A stretch of DNA of 64,000 bases from Lachnospiraceae bacterium (GTDB taxonomy: Bacteria; Bacillota; Clostridia; Lachnospirales; Lachnospiraceae): NCBI GenBank assembly GCA_017469405.1, contig JAFUGL010000023.1, positions 1,111-65,110 on the forward strand, read 5' to 3'. Numbering within the stretch: position 1 is the stretch's first letter; every line of letters begins with the position of its first letter. The notes under the pieces were generated by a model. The model saw nothing but the letters and a program-made list of their open reading frames with translations, was not told where the DNA came from and searched no databases. The translations under genes were made by a program, and so were the position numbers. Positions 21,931 through 31,656 of the stretch are shown in pieces.

Positions 21931-24900
21931 TTATGATTTTTTAATTTTTATATTTTTAAATATGAGTAAACCTATTCCCAATCCTGATACTGTCATCGCA
22001 ATTACTATCCATAAGATATTTCTGTCACCTGTCTTTGGTTCATCAGAAAAAATAATTGTCTGACCTTCATAATTAATATCCTCATGACTCGCAACAAGCA
22101 CCTCACTACCCTGTTCATCTTTTATATACATATATTCATATAAAACAACACTCTTTCCGGCAAGCTCTGATGCGTCAAAGGTAAACACCACGTCGGTTTT
22201 CATATTATTATCAATAGAAGTAAATTCTGATGATGACCATACCTCCTTACCTTCTACCAGGAGCTTTTCTCCCGTCGACTTATCATATACAACTCCGCGC
22301 AAAATAAGATCCTCACCTATGTCAACATTTGATATATCAACAGTATCATTTAAAGTTACTTTCTTATTTGGTGCTGATACTTTTCCTCCATCTGCTGCAT
22401 TTTTTGCAGTTGTACCTATCTTAGGATAATGCACCTGCTGTTCTTTATCATCTAATCGCGCATGACTGTCAATCTTTATATCTTTGTGATATAAATCCTC
22501 GAACACAACTATCGTTGCACCCTCAAGTGATGTGGAATTAAAATTAAACTCCAGACAAACTGTCATATCTTTTTTATCAGCAGTAAATGTATTTTCAGCA
22601 GTGACTTCTTTTTGGTCATCCAAAAATACTTCTCCCGTCTCTGAATTATATAATTTTCCTTTTACTGTATATTCCTTACCGACAATTAAATTGGTACATT
22701 CTACCGAATCTATTATAGTAACATTTTCAGATATCACTCCGGTATGTCCGTTCGTATTTTTATCCTTTGCAGTGGTTTTGACGTGCGGATATTGCACCTG
22801 CTGATTGGTATCAGATATATCAGAGTGCATTGCGACCATTTTACCATCATAATATAGTTCTTCAAATACAGTAACCGTTTCTCCTTCTGATTCCAGGCTG
22901 TTAAATGTAAATTCAAGATCAACAATCTGATTTTCTTTCTCTGCTGTAAAATCAATCTCAGATGCTACTTCTTCTCCGTCTATATCGGTATAAACCTCTC
23001 CTGTGGCGGTATCATACAGCTTTCCTTTTATGGTATATCTCCTGCCAACAACAAGATCGGTACAATCAACCTTATCAACTATAGTAGTTTTCTCACCGAT
23101 TACTCCTATATGATCATTTGTGCTTATATCGGCGGCTGTGGTTTTAATCTTTGGATAATAAACCTTATTTAATAATTCAATGGATTTATCAATATAATAA
23201 ATTCCATTTAATTCAGACTTCTCATCCTCCGCATTAAATTTAATTTCTACGTCATCCAGTCCCACAAAGTCATCAGGTGTATTTAATTCTTTAAGAACAT
23301 AATTTCCCAAAGGTATATCACCTTGTGACGCCTTACCTTCATCATCTGTCATAAGCGAATATACAAGATCACCTTTCTCATACAATTTTTTCCCACTATT
23401 GTCTAAGGTATATATATCCTCATTGGCATATAATCCAAATTCTATATTTTCTAAAGGAATTTCATTAATAATAAATTCCTTCTTCTCTTCATCAAACTCT
23501 CTTATTTCTCCGGTTTTTGAAAGTGACAATTTACAATAAATAGGAGTATCACTATACGCTATATCCACAACTGCAGCCGTGTCACCTTCATTTTCAGTGG
23601 TTGTATAAATTGTATTATCATCTATAGAAAAATCTATACCTTCAGGATTATCTATGTTATATCCTACCGGTGCTGATGTTTCAATCAACTTATAATTACC
23701 ATATGTAAGTGTTCCCGGAGTGATCAAAATACCATTATCATCTGTCATAAATTCATCAATATCATTATATTCGGAGCCGGTATAGGTTTTAAATGAAATA
23801 TAATCATTATCTTTATATGACCATATCTTATATGATGATGAATTATTTAAAACAGGCATCTTTGTAGTACTGTCTATCTTCGTGACTCTTAGATAGTATT
23901 TTTTTGCCTTATCTGTCTTATAAAGTATTTTTTGTGGAGTACGGTTATCTTCTGATATAGTTATATAAAAATCCGCAACCGGCATATACCCTATCGGAAC
24001 TGTTGTTTCACGAACTAAATATGTACCATATCTAAGCTCTGCTGATAAGGCATATCCTTCTTTATTTGTAAACATTTCTTTAGTTCCATCAGAAGCAAGA
24101 TTTACTGCTTTTTTCTCATCAAATACATAGTTCCCTGATTCGTCGGTTGATAAATCTCCCAATCTACATGCCATAAAGCCCGCATTGGCAAGTGGTTTTT
24201 TCTCAGCCGAATCATCTTCTGCCAATTTAACAATCTGAAAAGCCTGTCTTTTTTCGTGATTGGTCACTATCCTCTGATTTTGCTTTTCTATATCATTCAT
24301 ATTTTTCTCAACTTTAACAGTTGTGACTCTACTATCAAGGATATACCCTTTTGGTGCTTCAACCTCCTGAAAGGTTATATAACCAAATGGCAAAATAGTT
24401 TCATTATTATTATTTAAAAATAACGAATCTCCGGATATCCCATTAAAAGAGGTCAGATACTTACTATTAAGATATGCCTTTCCTTCAGAATCTGTCTTTA
24501 TATACCAATGTCTAATATATGAATTATTATTCTGTCCGCCTTCCGGATTTGACGCAAAAAACTTAACTTCATATATTGCTCCCTCAAGATAGAGTTTTTT
24601 AAAGTAATCATCGCTTTCATCATCTTTTTTGGTAAGAATCAACGATATCGGCACATATCCCGGAGTTTCTAAAGAGCTGACAACATTAGCATTGACAGAA
24701 TCATTAACCGCTACTTTATATACCTTGGTATCCAGTGTATATCCCCGTGGTGCAGTAATTTCCCTGACATAATATGTTCCATAATCAAGTTCTTTGCTTG
24801 TTCCTTTTCCGGATGCATCAGTCGTTATGGATGTCACAAGTCCCGTATTTGATTTTGCATTATTTTCGGAAAGATACACCCCATAAACCGCACCTTCAAG

Positions 24901-25863
24901 AGAATAATTATCATTATTTTTTGTCAATGTTTCGTTGTCTGACTTCTTATTTATTTCTATATGACCTTTTTTTATAAGCTTGGCATCTCCAAACAAAACA
25001 GGCTGATAATCTCCGTCATTATTTATGCAATAATTAAGCGTAGTTTCATAATTATCCTTATTCTCATTTACCCAATTGAGCATTTTAGTATAAAACGCAT
25101 CCTGATCTTCTATCGAATATGGTGATAAGGAATCTGTTATATACATTTTATAAGGACTAAATGAAGGATTAACCGAATTAATATAATTCCATATAGCACA
25201 CTGACCAAGATAATAATTCATGGCTCCTTCAGGTCCGCTTATATCATAAAACTCTGTTATATAATAAATCATCAAAGCTATTGTTTTTCCCTGCTCACGC
25301 GTTAATTCAGGCGGATTGCCTGCGTGAAGAGTTACATTATCAGTTTCTTTAAATCTCTTATTTGGATCATAGCAAAAAGCATAGCGGTAATAATATCTGA
25401 GTATACCTTCTTTAAATGTCGTCTTTTTTACGCCATTTACATAAGATGTAACCTGAACCTGATATCCCTGCCTGTTTAAATCTTTTCCGTAATCTCCTGA
25501 ACCAAGTATATCCGGATTATCCTCAAATTCTGCCGACTCCGGTACAGACAGATTATCTTCCGTAGCAATTATATCAATCTCAGATTCTTCTAAATTTTCA
25601 GTTTCAGATACATCTTCTACATTTTTTTCAATCTCAGTTTCAGATACATCTTCTACAGTTTTCTCAATTTCAGTTTCGGATGAATCTTCTACAATTTTCT
25701 CAATCTCTGTTTCAGATGCATCATCTACGGTTTTCTCCATCACGCTTTCAGATATATCTTCTTCGGCGGCAAGCATTGCCGAAGAACCACACATAGAAGC
25801 CAATACAACAGTAACCAAGATTACGGATACCATTTTTCTAAGCAAATTCTTCAGTTTATCCAT
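21931..25863 (-). CDS. Sortase-anchored surface adhesin: putative thioester domain, SpaA/Cna-B domains, VaFE-type repeats
   Basis: Signal peptide, acidic 11-aa repeats, FCYD / GQCAIW / YQPVL motifs, YGTYYVREITAPRGY, repeated VFEELY/VFEDLY, C-terminal PKTGD + TM + basic tail. Confidence 0.85.
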   Translation of the reverse strand: MDKLKNLLRKMVSVILVTVVLASMCGSSAMLAAEEDISESVMEKTVDDASETEIEKIVEDSSETEIEKTVEDVSETEIEKNVEDVSETENLEESEIDIIATEDNLSVPESAEFEDNPDILGSGDYGKDLNRQGYQVQVTSYVNGVKKTTFKEGILRYYYRYAFCYDPNKRFKETDNVTLHAGNPPELTREQGKTIALMIYYITEFYDISGPEGAMNYYLGQCAIWNYINSVNPSFSPYKMYITDSLSPYSIEDQDAFYTKMLNWVNENKDNYETTLNYCINNDGDYQPVLFGDAKLIKKGHIEINKKSDNETLTKNNDNYSLEGAVYGVYLSENNAKSNTGLVTSITTDASGKGTSKELDYGTYYVREITAPRGYTLDTKVYKVAVNDSVNANVVSSLETPGYVPISLILTKKDDESDDYFKKLYLEGAIYEVKFFASNPEGGQNNNSYIRHWYIKTDSEGKAYLNSKYLTSFNGISGDSLFLNNNNETILPFGYITFQEVEAPKGYILDSRVTTVKVEKNMNDIEKQNQRIVTNHEKRQAFQIVKLAEDDSAEKKPLANAGFMACRLGDLSTDESGNYVFDEKKAVNLASDGTKEMFTNKEGYALSAELRYGTYLVRETTVPIGYMPVADFYITISEDNRTPQKILYKTDKAKKYYLRVTKIDSTTKMPVLNNSSSYKIWSYKDNDYISFKTYTGSEYNDIDEFMTDDNGILITPGTLTYGNYKLIETSAPVGYNIDNPEGIDFSIDDNTIYTTTENEGDTAAVVDIAYSDTPIYCKLSLSKTGEIREFDEEKKEFIINEIPLENIEFGLYANEDIYTLDNSGKKLYEKGDLVYSLMTDDEGKASQGDIPLGNYVLKELNTPDDFVGLDDVEIKFNAEDEKSELNGIYYIDKSIELLNKVYYPKIKTTAADISTNDHIGVIGEKTTIVDKVDCTDLVVGRRYTIKGKLYDTATGEVYTDIDGEEVASEIDFTAEKENQIVDLEFTFNSLESEGETVTVFEELYYDGKMVAMHSDISDTNQQVQYPHVKTTAKDKNTNGHTGVISENVTIIDSVECTNLIVGKEYTVKGKLYNSETGEVFLDDQKEVTAENTFTADKKDMTVCLEFNFNSTSLEGATIVVFEDLYHKDIKIDSHARLDDKEQQVHYPKIGTTAKNAADGGKVSAPNKKVTLNDTVDISNVDIGEDLILRGVVYDKSTGEKLLVEGKEVWSSSEFTSIDNNMKTDVVFTFDASELAGKSVVLYEYMYIKDEQGSEVLVASHEDINYEGQTIIFSDEPKTGDRNILWIVIAMTVSGLGIGLLIFKNIKIKKS

Positions 25864-26332
25864 AGGTCTAAATCTCCCTTCTTATACATTTTCACATACT
25901 TTTTAAATCTTATTTTTCATTATTCATTAATATCTCTATTATTTATTTTTCATTATTTATTTTTACATTTTAATATTTAATTTTTTAATCATATAAATAG
26001 CCCTTGGTATTTTGATTCTTTATCAACCCCCATTTCAATAAAAATGCATCAAAAATAATTGCCTTCCTCCCACAGCAATATTTAAGAAAATATTCTTTTT
26101 CCGTAAAAATGAAATAAAATGATAAATAAGCAGGAAAACTCAAATTAAATCCAGACCAATAGAAATATTAAAGAATTATTTCTGCTTGAATAAGAAGATA
26201 CTACATAAAAAATATAAAATCAATAAAAAAATCGAAATGACACAAATAGTATCATTTTTATGTAAACAAATGCAATTATCGTAAACCAAAGCATTATAAT
26301 TTTATAAAAATAACTCTTTTCAAAATAAAAAA

Positions 26333-26374
26333 GTCCTATCAAGTGATATCTTTTGATATATCACTCGATAGGAC
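26333..26374 (-). terminator. Hairpin terminator after the LCP gene
   Basis: GTCCTATC-A-AGTGATAT...ATATCACT-C-GATAGGAC with a T run on the minus strand. Confidence 0.7.
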
Positions 26375-26396
26375 AATTAATCTAATCCGATTATAA

Positions 26397-27935
26397 TTAC
26401 TGTTCAGGTATTACTACTCTTTCGCCGGCATATATCTGTCTTAAATATTCCTTTGCCTGATTGACTGTAGTCTCATCAGGAATCATAACATAAACCTCAG
26501 CACTGCCTGTCGAATAAGTGGTAGACATGGCATCAGAACCTGTTACACTATATTTTACAACTTCCCAGCTTGGACTATCGGCAAGCTGTATCTTAACAAA
26601 TTCTGCAATCTCATCATAATCCATACTTGTTAATACGCAATCCGAAACTTCATTCCAGATATTGGTATAATTTTTAAGGATCTGTGGACTTAAAGCCTTA
26701 TCTATCATACCCTCGATTACAGCCATCTGATTTCTGCCTCTTTGTCTGTCACCATCCAAAAATGCATGTCTTTCTCTTGCAAAGAGCAGTGCCTGTTTAC
26801 CATTTACATCATTATAGCCCTGATTAAAATGGTACGTCATATTTACAACATCATTATCAAATCCATCAAATTCATATTCAGAATAAACCGTAATACCACC
26901 AAGTGCATCTATTACATCCATAAATCCGTCAAAATTGATTCTTACAAAATCATCGACATTTACGCCGTAAAGCATCTCAAGTGTATCCATAGTTACATCT
27001 ACTCCGTAAGCACCCGAATGAGTCAACTTATCTCTTACATTACCGGAAATCGAAAGTGGCACAAAGTAATCTCTCGGAGTACTTATCATAAGTATCTGGT
27101 GTGTATTCATATTAACAGTCAGTAAAATATTGGTGTCACTGTTACTGTTTGTTATTGTTCTGCCTCTTGTGTCTACACCATTTATAAGAATTGTAAAGAC
27201 TTTATCATCTTCACTATTTAGATAATCCTCATTTATATCTTTCTTAATAGATGTCTCAAAATTCTTATTATATATAACTTTTATACGATTTTCCGCATCC
27301 TCATATCCCTCTGAATCAGTTATAAAACTCATATATGCATCATTAAGAATTATAGCCTGAGTCTGGTTATCAAATAAGCCCTTTATCAAATCTATCGCTG
27401 TATCATACTCGGTTACACTAATCGGCTGACCTAAAACGCTTTCAATATCAGCCTTAATTTTATTGGTATTATCTCTATCCAAAGTTGAAAGTATACCAAA
27501 ATTATAATTAGCTGCACCATTTATATCATTTGCGGGATCATCTATTCTTACATATACATTAACATTATCTACCTTGGTATCTACGCCTGATATATTTTTA
27601 ATCTTATTGTAGGTAAAGTTAATATAAAAACATCCAGCAAATAAAAAGAAACTTACTATTATCGATGTAAACGATGCAATAATTCCCGGTATAGACCACT
27701 TTTGCAACATAACAAATAAAACAAATAAAACAAACAAAAGTATATCTATTACAACTATATAAGGTGTAGGAACTATTTTTAACTTTATTACATATATCGT
27801 AGCCAATATGCTCAGGATAAGCTGAATCGTGCACAAAAAATATCCAACTATTCTTATTGTCTTTTTAACTTTATCATCTTTTCTTTTTTTACTGCTTACA
27901 TTTTTATTGGTGCCTTTTTTTCCTGTGTTTCCCAT
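26397..27935 (-). CDS. LCP (LytR-CpsA-Psr) family protein
   Basis: N-terminal TMs, NSDTNIL, STPRDYFV, KLTHSG, LFARERH, RGRNQ. Confidence 0.93.
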   Translation of the reverse strand: MGNTGKKGTNKNVSSKKRKDDKVKKTIRIVGYFLCTIQLILSILATIYVIKLKIVPTPYIVVIDILLFVLFVLFVMLQKWSIPGIIASFTSIIVSFFLFAGCFYINFTYNKIKNISGVDTKVDNVNVYVRIDDPANDINGAANYNFGILSTLDRDNTNKIKADIESVLGQPISVTEYDTAIDLIKGLFDNQTQAIILNDAYMSFITDSEGYEDAENRIKVIYNKNFETSIKKDINEDYLNSEDDKVFTILINGVDTRGRTITNSNSDTNILLTVNMNTHQILMISTPRDYFVPLSISGNVRDKLTHSGAYGVDVTMDTLEMLYGVNVDDFVRINFDGFMDVIDALGGITVYSEYEFDGFDNDVVNMTYHFNQGYNDVNGKQALLFARERHAFLDGDRQRGRNQMAVIEGMIDKALSPQILKNYTNIWNEVSDCVLTSMDYDEIAEFVKIQLADSPSWEVVKYSVTGSDAMSTTYSTGSAEVYVMIPDETTVNQAKEYLRQIYAGERVVIPEQ

Positions 27936-28112
27936 CTTAAAATCTCCATATGTGATTCTTATTTCTTTTTATTATTTTCATTACCTTTTATATTATACTT
28001 AGTTATAAAAAAAAGTAAAGCAATTAAATTATTAAAAATTTATTCATTTCTTTTAACGGTTCCATAGATACTTGCCCAGTCATTATTGTCAAATATTTAT
28101 AAAGAAATTAGT

Positions 28113-28877
28113 TTACAATATAATTGAAAATAAATTAATATCCTGTATAAATGTAAGTATCTTACTCTCCTCTATCTGCTTAACTGCGTTTGCGCAAAAC
28201 TCCTGTCCCGGAAAGCTTACAAATATTTCAAAAAATATCCATACGATAAGAAGTCCCATGAAGCCTCCCAAAAGTGCGCCAAACACCCTGTTGATACCGC
28301 CCAATATCGGAAGCTTTGACACAAGCTTAAGTGCTATAATAATTATAGAAAGGATAAGGCCTATCAGCAAAAATGAAACCGCCTGCGCCACCATCCTCAT
28401 AGCCCTTTCCACAATGTACTTGGAAATATAATCATAGAAATTATCTGCCTTTATGCCGATGCTTTCTCCGTAATTATTGTTATCCAAAATATTCTTTTTT
28501 AGACTTTCAGGAAGATTAAGGTTATTAATTATATTGGTCTGATCACTCTTGGTAGGATCATATTTATAAGCTTCTTCCTTAAGTTTTTCAAGGAGTGTAA
28601 TATCAGTGAGCTCCTGTCCGGTTTTATCATAATACTCACCTTTTATCTTTTGCTCAACATTTTCCTCAATGATCTCACTTACTTTATGTTCGGCATAATC
28701 ATCGATAGTAGTCCTGTCTACCAAAAAGCCGTATACAAAAGGCGATATAAGATATGCAAGTAAAAATGTAATCACTGAAAAAAGGACTCCGAACACACAT
28801 CTGACGAGTCCTTTTACATAGCCGATAACGGCTGCTGATAAAATAATTATTATCGTAATTACAGTAAGAGCGTTCAT
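28113..28877 (-). CDS. CvpA family protein
   Basis: GYVKGLVR N-terminal motif, INRVFGALLG C-terminal motif. Start placed at MNALTV. Confidence 0.8.
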   Translation of the reverse strand: MNALTVITIIIILSAAVIGYVKGLVRCVFGVLFSVITFLLAYLISPFVYGFLVDRTTIDDYAEHKVSEIIEENVEQKIKGEYYDKTGQELTDITLLEKLKEEAYKYDPTKSDQTNIINNLNLPESLKKNILDNNNYGESIGIKADNFYDYISKYIVERAMRMVAQAVSFLLIGLILSIIIIALKLVSKLPILGGINRVFGALLGGFMGLLIVWIFFEIFVSFPGQEFCANAVKQIEESKILTFIQDINLFSIIL

Positions 28878-28935
28878 ATAAAACAAGCCTCATACTTTCT
28901 TTGTATTGCTAATCAAATTAATAATTAAAATCATA

Positions 28936-30810
28936 CTATGACTTTAATAATTTAAATACAACCATACCAAGAATTGCATCAAGAGACATAAGGAGCAAAA
29001 TGGCTGCCTTCATAGGTTTCGCTTTATCGCCTGTGGTTACTCCTGTACCCTTTTTTTCACTCTTGGTAACATTACTATCATCCGTTGAAGTTTCTGTTGT
29101 CAATTCCTCTGATGTTATCTTTTCAGTAGTTAGTTCCTCTGTTGTAATTTCTTCGGTCGTTACTTCTTCAGTTGTTACTTCTTCGGTTGTTACTTCTTCA
29201 GTTGTTACTTCTTCAGTTGTCTCTTCTTCAGTTGTCTCTTTTTCATTGACTATACTGATAGTGTTGGTTGAAGAATCTACTGTTACTCCATCATATGTAT
29301 CATTAAGAATAACGTTATTTTCTGAATCAATATAAAATGATATCTCTGAAGTATTAGCTATATATCCATCCGGTGCCTCAAGCTCTTTTAGAATATGATC
29401 TGAATTTGTCATAAGATTATATAAGGTATAGCTTGACTTGGTTAAATCTTCAAATATTCCTCCCGACGCCTCCTTATTATCAGCATCACGAATTTCAAAC
29501 TTCGCACCCGGTATCGGATTACCGTCAGAATCGGTTTTTAAAATTGTAACATAGGTTCTATCATTTTTTACCCTAATCACTCCACCCGACAAAATCTCAG
29601 CATCACTTTGACCGGATAATAAAGTTATACCATTATCCAGACTTGTTTTAAATTTTATCTCTTCAGATACAGGTATATATCCGGCAGGTGTAGAATCTTC
29701 TATTATGGTATATTCCTTGCCTATTTCAAGATTATTAATTGTAAGATAGTTTTCTCCATCTGATTCCCACTCATCTACAACTTCATCACCATTCTCATCT
29801 AAAACCTGAAATACAGCACCATCTACAAGATTACCGGCATCATCTACTTTAGCTAAATTTGCATTTATAAATACCGCATCACATAAAACATTTTGATGAC
29901 CATCATTAACCATATATATCCATGCATCAAATCCCATTCCATAATAATCCGGCAATGTATCGATATAATCAAAAAGCGGTTTATAAAACAGATTCCACAA
30001 TGAATACTCATCATCTATAGGATTATATGACGGATCATTGGATGTATACCATTTTTTCTGCTGTGTAGTAAATTCTGTTGGGTCGACAGCAGCACCCGAC
30101 TGTATTGAATTTAATCTAAAATCTTCAGGATAAACAGCCATCCACATAAGACGTTGTGGTGCATCTTGTGAAACCTCATTTCGCCAGTAAGTTCTGAAAA
30201 TATTATACGCTATATTACCTTTTAATTCCTCTATTGTTATCAGGCCATTATCATAATCTGCTTTCCACGCAGCCAAAGATTTTCTCTCGCCTTTATATGT
30301 TCTTTCTTTTGAAGCCAATGAATTGTTTAGTGTTATAGAGCCATCAATATACCTGTCTATGATTGAGCTTGTCATACCGGTTATATCTATATTTCTAACA
30401 TTAACATAACTAACGATATCTTTCCTACGTATCAATATCTTCATAAGTCTTGACTTAACATCATCTGTAAGAGTCTTATCGAAATTATATTGTACACCAT
30501 CCTTAATATATTCCTTGGTATATCCGTCAATTTCTGAAAGTCTTTTTCTTGTATAATCAACGCTGGTACCCGGACCGTCACATAAGCCATCAAGACAAAA
30601 TGAATGTCCTGAAATTGTGACTCCATTTGAATCGGTAATATTATTATCTTTATTATAACCGCTAATCTTATAAGTCTCTTCATCACCTTCGGCATATACG
30701 GTTTCTATACCGGTATTTGTTGAAAAAACAAAAGTAACTACAATAAAAACCGCAAGCAGCCACGCACATACCTTATTAAATTTTCCTGATTTAAAACTTC
30801 TTTTAAACAT
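28936..30810 (-). CDS. Sortase-anchored surface protein: putative thioester domain, two SpaA/Cna-B domains, TTEE stalk
   Basis: FCLD / PQRLMW / HQNVL motifs, LVDGAVFQV, IPGAKFEI, EAPDGY, VTTGD + TM. Confidence 0.82.
   Translation of the reverse strand: MFKRSFKSGKFNKVCAWLLAVFIVVTFVFSTNTGIETVYAEGDEETYKISGYNKDNNITDSNGVTISGHSFCLDGLCDGPGTSVDYTRKRLSEIDGYTKEYIKDGVQYNFDKTLTDDVKSRLMKILIRRKDIVSYVNVRNIDITGMTSSIIDRYIDGSITLNNSLASKERTYKGERKSLAAWKADYDNGLITIEELKGNIAYNIFRTYWRNEVSQDAPQRLMWMAVYPEDFRLNSIQSGAAVDPTEFTTQQKKWYTSNDPSYNPIDDEYSLWNLFYKPLFDYIDTLPDYYGMGFDAWIYMVNDGHQNVLCDAVFINANLAKVDDAGNLVDGAVFQVLDENGDEVVDEWESDGENYLTINNLEIGKEYTIIEDSTPAGYIPVSEEIKFKTSLDNGITLLSGQSDAEILSGGVIRVKNDRTYVTILKTDSDGNPIPGAKFEIRDADNKEASGGIFEDLTKSSYTLYNLMTNSDHILKELEAPDGYIANTSEISFYIDSENNVILNDTYDGVTVDSSTNTISIVNEKETTEEETTEEVTTEEVTTEEVTTEEVTTEEITTEELTTEKITSEELTTETSTDDSNVTKSEKKGTGVTTGDKAKPMKAAILLLMSLDAILGMVVFKLLKS
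29103..29244 (-). repeat. 15-bp tandem repeat encoding (V/T/I/L)TTEE spacer
   Basis: Iterated GTTACTTCTTCAGTT units. Confidence 0.9.
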
Positions 30811-30943
30811 ATCATCTTCTCCAATGCATTAAAACAAAACCCATAGCAACATTCAATCCAAAATGGAATTTTATCGTTTTTCATTGTACCATATCTGCAC
30901 GACTGTCGCAATAATGATAGTATTAAAAATGGATATTTTAATA

Positions 30944-31450
30944 CTATTTTACCATTCCAATCTCAGTATAAATCATCCCATTTTTTCCACGTTCTGAACA
31001 CATAAGCGAAACACTTGTTGCAACCATACTGCCTTTCGGCGGTTCCGATATCGGAATAGCTTTTCCGTCTTTATATGAACTCTTTCTAATCAACGTAATA
31101 TGCGAAGAAAATCTCTTTTTATCAAATGGTATACCCTGATTGGACAGTTCTCGACGCAGCCGCCGCACATATCCTGAAAGTTGCGGATTATCAGCAAGTC
31201 CAACCCAGAATAAATCCCCAAAGTTTCCAACTCCGTTCAGACTGATTTTAATCGGGCGAAAGTCCACTTGCTCCATAGCATCAAGAACCCTTTCAGGATT
31301 ACCAAAATCACCGATAAATGCCAGAGTGATATGCAGATTTTCACGTTTTGTATAATTACCCGTCACACCCTGCCTTTTAAGATTATCCTGAAAATCCGTC
31401 AATGCGTTAATTATATTTTCATCAAATTGAATTGCAATGAATAGTCTCAT
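30944..31450 (-). CDS. thpR: RNA 2',3'-cyclic phosphodiesterase (2H family)
   Basis: Two HxT motifs (NLHITL, SHITL), MRLFIAI start. Confidence 0.9.
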   Translation of the reverse strand: MRLFIAIQFDENIINALTDFQDNLKRQGVTGNYTKRENLHITLAFIGDFGNPERVLDAMEQVDFRPIKISLNGVGNFGDLFWVGLADNPQLSGYVRRLRRELSNQGIPFDKKRFSSHITLIRKSSYKDGKAIPISEPPKGSMVATSVSLMCSERGKNGMIYTEIGMVK

Positions 31451-31656
31451 ATTTATACCTCAATTCTATTTATAATAAATATATTATGTTTTTTGATGAC
31501 TTAATAATTATTTTATGTATTATTTGAAATCTAACTCATATTCCCAAACCAGCTGTCGTATATCCTAATTTATAGGGATGAATAAGCTACCCTTTAATAC
31601 AAAAAGACTGAAGAAAAAAACGGTTTCCGATTTATTGCAAAACAGCCATTTTATGA

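Noticed and set aside
25863-26397. Long intergenic region upstream of the adhesin as a c-di-GMP riboswitch or small ORF
   Set aside because: No GCAAA...GAAA...ACGCAAAG pattern, and the frames I tried close quickly.
31520-31620. Possible degraded gene tail (…DIRQLVWEYELDFK*) between thpR and the fusion gene
   Set aside because: Too short and interrupted to assign.
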